This document shows positions 57,963-64,000 of a stretch of 64,000 nucleotides of DNA, piece by piece. The stretch comes from an uncultured Methanosarcinales archaeon (GTDB lineage: Archaea; Nanobdellota; Nanobdellia; Woesearchaeales; GW2011-AR9), in assembly GCA_964604645.1 (NCBI GenBank), contig CAZRZP010000002.1, positions 13,739 through 77,738 of the forward strand, in the 5' to 3' direction. The position numbers were made by a program, and so were the translations under genes. Within the stretch, counting starts at the first letter, position 1. Every line of letters begins with the position of its first letter. The notes below the pieces were generated by a model, which worked only from the letters and a program-made list of their open reading frames with translations, was not told the DNA's origin and searched no databases.

Positions 57963-60014
57963 TTAAGTTCTTAATTCTCTTTCCCACTGTCGGTCATATA
58001 TTTCTGCATGTGAGCTGTAGCCTTCTTTTCTAATAAATGTTTCAAAAATAACTGCGTCTTGATGTTCTTTTTGTTTAAGCCTATTGTCTTTAAAACCAAC
58101 CAAGTAATCCTTAAGTAGTTTTCTTGCTTGATTGTCATTTGGAAATATTCCTTGCTCCAATCCATTTTCAATTTGTCTAACTGCTGAATAGATCGTTGCA
58201 CAGTCTTCTAAACCCTCTATAATTACTCTTTTTGCTTGTTGGTAAACTTGTGCACTTTTAAATTCATAAGGTATTTTTGCAGGGTTAACACAACTTGCTC
58301 TTTGGCCTATTTTTGTTCTTGGAACTACAACTTGGTTTGTTCCTCGTGTTCTGACGTCTAAATGCGAATTAGATTCTTGAAAACCATTAAAAAGATCTTC
58401 AAAAAAGTAAATTAAAGTTTGGTCTAAAAAAAATGAATCTCCGTGAACAGTTTTCATATTTCGATTACCGGGAAGTCTTGATCTAGTTTGTACTAAATAA
58501 CCCTCCTTATCATTTCTAAAAGGGTCTTCCCATCTTTGGTAATTGTAAATGTATTTTCCTTTTATTTTTTTTGTCCATTCAGGAAATATTGATTGGATAG
58601 TTGTTTGGATACTTCCTTGTAAACCAGAATCTATCATTCTAATTTGGTTAGCCCAATCAAAACCTTCTTGAACTAAATATCTTCGTAATAGTTTTGCATA
58701 ATCTTCGTAACCTTCATCTCCTTGTTTTGGGTGTGGTAATATTCTATCTGACCTACCTTCGTAACCAATCTTATGTCTAAATCCTCTATCTTGAAGAGAT
58801 TTTTCTATTACTTTTCTTGAAAGGTTAATATATCTAATTTGTCTTGGCATTATTCCTTCATATCTTTTTGGGTTAGTTTCTAGTAACTTTAACATAACTT
58901 TATACGCCCCAATTCCATCACGACCTAAACATGCAGCAATCTTTTTTGGATTTCCACGCATACTCTTTAGGATATTGTCTGAATAGTGAAGAAGAACTGG
59001 CCCGTAGATATCTCTAGCAAGGTGGTAGACTCTTTCTAACATTTTTTCAACTACTTGGTTTTTATTTTTTTCACTTAATGAATTGTCAATTATCTGACTA
59101 ACGCGCTGATCTAATGAAGATTTTAATTGTGAAATATTTTCTCTTTGATTCACTCTACCTTCTCTATTGTTCTTTCTTGAAGTTCTAGTTCTAGATCTTT
59201 TAGAGTCGGTTGTGGACCTTTCTGCAAAATCAAAATGTACGGCTCTTAAACCTGCATTCAGTGCCCCTAAATAATCTTCATTTCTATTATCTCCGACGTG
59301 TAAAATACTTCTTCTTGCAGATTCAAGTCCATATCTTTGTTTTAATTCCCATGCAAGTTTTCTAAATCCAGAAGGTGAATCTTTAGATTTTTGAAGTCCA
59401 AAATCAGATGAAGCAATTATTTGATCAAAGAATCTTTCGATTCCCAAATCTGAAAGAGTTGATCTCACGTGTTCAGTTGAAAATGGTGTATTTGAATAAA
59501 CTACTCTGGGTATTTTTCTTTCCCTTAGTCCATGTAGGGTAGTCCTCGTTCCAGGCATTAAGCTAACTGTACGTTTTTCAACCCGATATATGCCTTGTTC
59601 AATTTCTTGTGCAATGTCTCTAATTTTATCTCTTGGAACTCTTATTTTTTGTCTCATAAAAGTTTGACCAACTATTTGAGTTAAACAATCAATTGCTTGA
59701 AAATCGGTTCCCCTTCGCTTATGTGCTAACTTATTTTGATACCATACTTGGTTCCTTACAGTTTGATAGGATTCTGCATCTATATCAAAACCGTTCCTTT
59801 GGAAAACTTCCTGTGCGGCTCTATACATTTCTGCATGTCTTTCAGGGATTGTTGTGCTCCATTGCACTAATGTTTTCATAAAGTCGAAAGAAACAGTTTT
59901 TATTCTTGGTTGGCTATCGACAATTGAGAGTGTATCTTCTAGGCGAGTTATTCTACCATGGTCTCTTGATGTACTTCTTCTTCTGTCCGTTTCTCTTTTA
60001 GTATTTCTTACCAT
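57963..60014 (-). CDS. Large (683 aa) protein with N-terminal HAD-like (probably degenerate) domain and uncharacterised C-terminal domain
   Basis: HAD motif IV HVGDNRNEDYLGALNAGLRAVHF; motif I position reads FDFMKT (second Asp replaced); paralogous to the C-terminus of the next gene. Confidence 0.5.
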   Translation of the reverse strand: MVRNTKRETDRRRSTSRDHGRITRLEDTLSIVDSQPRIKTVSFDFMKTLVQWSTTIPERHAEMYRAAQEVFQRNGFDIDAESYQTVRNQVWYQNKLAHKRRGTDFQAIDCLTQIVGQTFMRQKIRVPRDKIRDIAQEIEQGIYRVEKRTVSLMPGTRTTLHGLRERKIPRVVYSNTPFSTEHVRSTLSDLGIERFFDQIIASSDFGLQKSKDSPSGFRKLAWELKQRYGLESARRSILHVGDNRNEDYLGALNAGLRAVHFDFAERSTTDSKRSRTRTSRKNNREGRVNQRENISQLKSSLDQRVSQIIDNSLSEKNKNQVVEKMLERVYHLARDIYGPVLLHYSDNILKSMRGNPKKIAACLGRDGIGAYKVMLKLLETNPKRYEGIMPRQIRYINLSRKVIEKSLQDRGFRHKIGYEGRSDRILPHPKQGDEGYEDYAKLLRRYLVQEGFDWANQIRMIDSGLQGSIQTTIQSIFPEWTKKIKGKYIYNYQRWEDPFRNDKEGYLVQTRSRLPGNRNMKTVHGDSFFLDQTLIYFFEDLFNGFQESNSHLDVRTRGTNQVVVPRTKIGQRASCVNPAKIPYEFKSAQVYQQAKRVIIEGLEDCATIYSAVRQIENGLEQGIFPNDNQARKLLKDYLVGFKDNRLKQKEHQDAVIFETFIRKEGYSSHAEIYDRQWERELRT

Positions 60015-60090
60015 TTAATCACTCTCTAGTGGTGAATTAAGAAAGGTTTATTTATAAATCTTTCGTTTTTTTTGTTGTTATGAAGAAATC

Positions 60091-61443
60091 TCATCTATTT
60101 TTAATCAAATGGGCTGCCCTTAAACCAGCATTGAGTGCACCTTGATAATCTGTTTTAATATCACTACCTATGTGAAGAATTGCTTCACGAGCTGATTTAA
60201 AGCCAAAAGATTTTTTGAGTTCAAAAGCCATCTTTTGGTAGGCTCCTGGATTATTTTCTTGTTTTTTTACCCCTGTATCTCCATATGTGAATACTTTATC
60301 TAAATATCTATTAATTCCCGCCATTCCTCTTTGTGCTTTAATTTCATCACCTGTCATTGTTGTGTTAGAATATGCTGCAGTGACTATACCTTGTTTTTTC
60401 AAAGTTCTTAAAAGTTGATACCCTTCTTTGCTTATAATTGAACTCAAAGCAAATGTTACTGCTTTTATTTCATTGTTTCCAGCAACTATTGGTAAGATAT
60501 GATGTAGTTTCGTGATTGTGCCATAATCTACTGATGGAGCTTCTAATTCTTCATACACTTGTACTAATGGTGGAACTCTTTTTCTTGCATTTTTTAATTT
60601 GCCATCTATGCTTTTTTTGTGGCATTCTATCATTGCTTGAGCATTATCAAGTGTTCTTTTATTATCTTCTTTTTCTGATTTTAATCTTGATTCTAATACC
60701 TTACATCCTTCTTGAGCTCTATGATAATTCTGTTGTGCTTCTCTAACTTTTTCTCTTTCTCTTCCTAAATTTGCTTCTGATTGTGCATATTTTACTTGTA
60801 ATTCTCTATTTGAATTATTTGCTTGTCCTAACTGAGTTGTTAGCTGAGCAGTTCTTCTTGTTTGATTATTTAATTGTCCACGCAATTCTCTAACTGTTCT
60901 TTCTAAATCTGGACTTGATCCAACTCCTCGCCTTAATTCTGCTATCTTTTGTCGAGCATTAGATAAATTAATTGTATAAGATCCATCTCTAAATAATTCA
61001 ACCTGTTCAGGTCGATAATGTACACGGCCTCTAATTTGGCCAATTAAAGCAGCTTTTGTGTTATCTATTTCTACATGCATCCTTTCAATTTGTGTATCTC
61101 TATTATCAATCTCTTGCATGGCCATGGCCAGAAGTTCGTCATCTCCTCCTCCACTACCAACATAAAGATCAACAAGATGTCCTGCTAAATCGTCATCAGA
61201 AAGTCCATTCTCTAGTTTTTCTTTAGCTTGATTTAAAGAACTCATTAAACGATCATCTCTAGAAAATCTATCCGGGTGGAAAGCTAATGTTAAATCACGA
61301 TAAAATCCCTTTGAAACTTTCTTAACTTTATTTGCATCTACAATCTCACCTGCAGGCGAGATTGCTCCCGCTGTCATTAATCTCTCTTTTAACACTTCTT
61401 TTAATGTTAAATAATCAAAAGGATTGTCGCTTGCGTCTACCAT
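60091..61443 (-). CDS. J-domain (DnaJ-like) - coiled-coil - HAD-like (degenerate) domain protein
   Basis: N-terminal FYRDLTLAFHPDRF (HPD tripeptide, J-domain-like); central Q/R-rich coiled coil; C-terminal AILHIGSDIKTDYQGALNAGLRAAH with motif I Asp replaced (VTFALSS). Confidence 0.5.
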   Translation of the reverse strand: MVDASDNPFDYLTLKEVLKERLMTAGAISPAGEIVDANKVKKVSKGFYRDLTLAFHPDRFSRDDRLMSSLNQAKEKLENGLSDDDLAGHLVDLYVGSGGGDDELLAMAMQEIDNRDTQIERMHVEIDNTKAALIGQIRGRVHYRPEQVELFRDGSYTINLSNARQKIAELRRGVGSSPDLERTVRELRGQLNNQTRRTAQLTTQLGQANNSNRELQVKYAQSEANLGREREKVREAQQNYHRAQEGCKVLESRLKSEKEDNKRTLDNAQAMIECHKKSIDGKLKNARKRVPPLVQVYEELEAPSVDYGTITKLHHILPIVAGNNEIKAVTFALSSIISKEGYQLLRTLKKQGIVTAAYSNTTMTGDEIKAQRGMAGINRYLDKVFTYGDTGVKKQENNPGAYQKMAFELKKSFGFKSAREAILHIGSDIKTDYQGALNAGLRAAHLIKNR

Positions 61444-62369
61444 TACTTATCATATCCTAAAAGTAATCTGCTAACTCCAGCAGCTTTAGTTGGATCTGCA
61501 ATCTTTTCTTTAAATTCTTCAAAAGACTCTGAACTTCTTGCTAACTCTGCCATACCAGCAATTGCTTCTGGAAGAATTTCTTTAGCTTCATTAAAGTCAA
61601 CGTAAGTTGCTCTTTGGGTATGTTTAACAATGCCAAAAGTTCCTTCTTCGAAAGTTCTTTTATCTCTTCCGCAACCGACAAAGTAAGAATGATCTGCTAC
61701 TTCTACCATTCCTAAGAATTCTTGTGGGGATCTTTGAAATGGGCAACCATCATCTCCTCTAATACCTGTTCCGTGAGGTATAGCATCACCGAAGAAAGCT
61801 ACAACGTGTTTTCGATCTGGATTGTCTTTACCACTTTGTGTGATAATATCTGTCATATCAGCTGCAAAACATTCATATGCTTCTGGCATGTCTCCACCAT
61901 ACGTAGCAACTAGGCCACCAATATGTTGTCGTAATTCACTCGAACTGGTTGTAGGATCCATTATTTGACCATAATCTCCTAATAATCTTCCTAACCTAAT
62001 TCCTGCACGAAGATCTCTTGCGTCACAATGGTCGCTTACTCCAATTACTCCAACTGAGAAACCTTTATCTTCATTTAATAAATAATTTCCAATTGATGTA
62101 GAAGCTCTCATTACAGCATTAATATAGGGTCTCATACTTCCTGTTGCGTCCATAGCTAAATATACAGTTACTGGAGCATATTTTCCCTTTTCTTCTCTTT
62201 CTTGAGCTTTCTTCTCAAGATTTTCTTTAAATCCAGAATCTACAGAACCGCCGATTAATTTTCTATCTCCTCTTCCTGAAGTGATTCGTCTTGCAGTTGG
62301 ACCGCCGATTTTACCTGCTGTGCTTCCACCTAATTTTTTTCTTAATTTATCCCTAATATCGTCTGACAT
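61443..62369 (-). CDS. von Willebrand factor A (vWA) domain protein
   Basis: MIDAS motif VYLAMDATGSM; Gly-rich N-terminal tail; 1-nt overlap with the J-domain gene. Confidence 0.55.
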   Translation of the reverse strand: MSDDIRDKLRKKLGGSTAGKIGGPTARRITSGRGDRKLIGGSVDSGFKENLEKKAQEREEKGKYAPVTVYLAMDATGSMRPYINAVMRASTSIGNYLLNEDKGFSVGVIGVSDHCDARDLRAGIRLGRLLGDYGQIMDPTTSSSELRQHIGGLVATYGGDMPEAYECFAADMTDIITQSGKDNPDRKHVVAFFGDAIPHGTGIRGDDGCPFQRSPQEFLGMVEVADHSYFVGCGRDKRTFEEGTFGIVKHTQRATYVDFNEAKEILPEAIAGMAELARSSESFEEFKEKIADPTKAAGVSRLLLGYDK

Positions 62370-62503
62370 TTTATTGTTACCTCATAATTGTTATTTTACT
62401 ATGGAATATGGGCGTTTCTTTATAAATCTTTGGTTAAAAACACTACTTCAGAGTGGTGATGATTTAGTTGATGCAAAACCAGCTGGAACATGATGTTTGT
62501 AAC

Positions 62504-62758
62504 TTATTCAACAGAAATCTTCTGACCAAGAGCTTGTCCAGGTAATCCTTTCTCAGAAAAAATTGCTCGCACTGCTCCATTTCTCCCATGTAAGGCAGAG
62601 ATCTTTCCAGATATTTTAACTCCAGCAGGGGAAGTCCAAGTGGCTGTTTTTCCCACTGTTTTTTCAGCTTCTTCTGGTGTATCAGCTATCTTTAATATCA
62701 TCTGGTGTGGGTTAACATGATGTCTTCCTTGTCTAAAATGCATGATTGTTGCTTCCAT
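62504..62758 (-). CDS. rpl35ae: 50S ribosomal protein L35Ae
   Basis: WTSPAGVKISGKISALHGRNGAVRAIFSEKGLPGQALGQKISV collinear with archaeal L35Ae. Confidence 0.7.
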   Translation of the reverse strand: MEATIMHFRQGRHHVNPHQMILKIADTPEEAEKTVGKTATWTSPAGVKISGKISALHGRNGAVRAIFSEKGLPGQALGQKISVE

Positions 62759-62864
62759 TTTAACATTGGAATTTAATCTGTTTATAAAATTATTGCTAAA
62801 AATGAGGTTAAAAGAGCCTATCGTGTATACAAATAATTAAAAGTAGATTACTTTCCTTAAAATC

Positions 62865-64000
62865 ATGATTAAAGGTCAGATAGTTGCTGGAGATTTTAGT
62901 AAGATAATTGTTCGTATTAAAGGAGACAATTCTGTTGAGATTGGTGAATTAATTGTGATTGACACAGGAAAAGAAAAATTTATTCTGCAGGTGTATGACC
63001 TTATTTATGGCAGTCAAATATCTCAAATAAACTTAGAAATGGTAGCAGGGATGAATTTAGAAGAAGGCTCATTTTCTATGTTAGATGAATCTCTGAGAAA
63101 TTACCAACTTGCTTTACTTAAACCAGTATTAAATTTAGCAGATGGAAGTAGGACTTGTAAAAAATTACCTCCTTTTTTCACAACTGTAAGAGAAATCACT
63201 AATACGGATTTATCCTTTTTAATTAAACCCAAAAAATCTATCTTTCTAGGCAATTTAAGAAGTGGAAGCCGTAAACTTGATGTAGGTATTTTTCTTCCTG
63301 GTGTTGAGGCGTTAAGCCATCATGTTTTAATACCTGCAAGCACTGGTAAGGGTAAATCCAATTTAATGTCGTGTATGCTATGGAACCTTGTTGATAAGGA
63401 TTTTGCTGGAGTTCTTGTATTAGATCCACATGATGAGTATTATGGTAGAACTGGTTTAGGTTTGAAAGATCATCCAAATAAACAAAATGTTGTTTATTAT
63501 ACGCCAGCTCAACCTCCTCCTGGAGCTTTAAGCCTTAAAATCAATTTAAGAAAACTAAAACCTGATCATTTTAGGGGAGCTGTTTCATTAAGTGATCCTC
63601 AAAGGCAATGTCTATTCTCTTATTACCGCGCATTTAAAGAAAATTGGATTACTTCATTATTAGAAGAGAAAAGAATTCAAGGGATTCATTTTCATGAAGA
63701 CACTTTAGCTGTTGTGAGAAGGAAACTAGTTAATCTACTAGGTATTGAAATGACTGATATTGGTATTAACTGCACGGGTGTTTTTGATTCTATCGCTGGG
63801 GAAAATACTATAACGGAAATATGTGATCATCTTGAGCAGGCAAAGACAGTTATTGTAGATACAAGTTATTTTTCAGGTTCTATTGAGATAATGATTGGTA
63901 GCATCATTACTTCAGAAATTTTCAATCGTTACAAGTATTACAAAAAAGAAGGAAGGTTGGATGATAAACCTGTAATCTCAGTAGTATTAGAAGAAGCTCC
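62865..64000 (+). CDS. herA: HerA-like (DUF87) DNA-repair ATPase, 3' partial
   Basis: N-terminal HAS-barrel-like segment; Walker A HVLIPASTGKGKSNL; Walker B-like VLVLDPHDE; open to the window end; not in the ORF track because no stop. Confidence 0.7.
   Translation, partial: MIKGQIVAGDFSKIIVRIKGDNSVEIGELIVIDTGKEKFILQVYDLIYGSQISQINLEMVAGMNLEEGSFSMLDESLRNYQLALLKPVLNLADGSRTCKKLPPFFTTVREITNTDLSFLIKPKKSIFLGNLRSGSRKLDVGIFLPGVEALSHHVLIPASTGKGKSNLMSCMLWNLVDKDFAGVLVLDPHDEYYGRTGLGLKDHPNKQNVVYYTPAQPPPGALSLKINLRKLKPDHFRGAVSLSDPQRQCLFSYYRAFKENWITSLLEEKRIQGIHFHEDTLAVVRRKLVNLLGIEMTDIGINCTGVFDSIAGENTITEICDHLEQAKTVIVDTSYFSGSIEIMIGSIITSEIFNRYKYYKKEGRLDDKPVISVVLEEA

Noticed and set aside
1-64000. CRISPR arrays, tRNA/rRNA genes, integrases/transposases, prophage structural genes
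   Set aside because: No regularly spaced direct repeats, no cloverleaf-compatible GC-rich 75-nt segments in intergenic gaps, and no recombinase/capsid-like proteins recognised by eye; a covariance-model scan (tRNAscan-SE/Infernal) would be needed to be certain for RNAs.

Overview
This is an AT-rich (roughly one-third GC by eye) archaeal chromosomal segment. Evidence for archaeal origin: a full set of e-type ribosomal proteins (L40e, L31e, L39e, S19e, S3Ae, L35Ae), aIF5A, aRF1, an archaeal histone, RadA, Cbf5, RNase P Rpp21, NAC, Sec61beta, HerA, and GGTGA-type ribosome binding sites. The genes are tightly packed with many 1-4 nt stop/start overlaps. Many unknown small membrane proteins and no biosynthetic clusters suggest a small-genome (DPANN-like) archaeon, but that is inference. 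Main blocks are listed here. (1) Bases 1-19.6 kb hold a co-directional island of at least 17 secreted or surface proteins, most with archaeal class III (type IV pilin-like, [KR][GA]Q + hydrophobic helix) N-termini. Embedded in it is a 2076-aa giant Cys-rich surface protein with Ca-binding TSP3-like repeats and a C-terminal membrane anchor. No pilus assembly ATPase, platform or prepilin peptidase is visible in the window. (2) A DNA recombination cluster: RPA, a membrane-anchored Hjc-like nuclease, a small PC4-like protein and RadA. (3) A nucleotide operon: a DCD-like protein, a Cys/His small protein and an insertion-bearing ThyA. (4) Metabolism and housekeeping: a secreted LysM-LAS peptidase, FAD-linked oxidase, PEP synthase, FNR-like oxidoreductase, leucyl aminopeptidase, TrxB, S2P protease, ABC-2 transporter and SecDF. 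(5) A translation block: L40e, aIF5A, histone, aRF1, NAC, Sec61beta, S3Ae, Cbf5, L31e-L39e-S19e and L35Ae. (6) A 7-kb block (55.2-62.4 kb) of uncharacterised, Arg-rich, slightly GC-richer genes. These are paralogous membrane proteins, two paralogous proteins with apparently inactivated HAD-like domains (one with a J-domain) and a vWA protein. No tRNA, rRNA, CRISPR array, integrase or obvious mobile element was recognised by eye.
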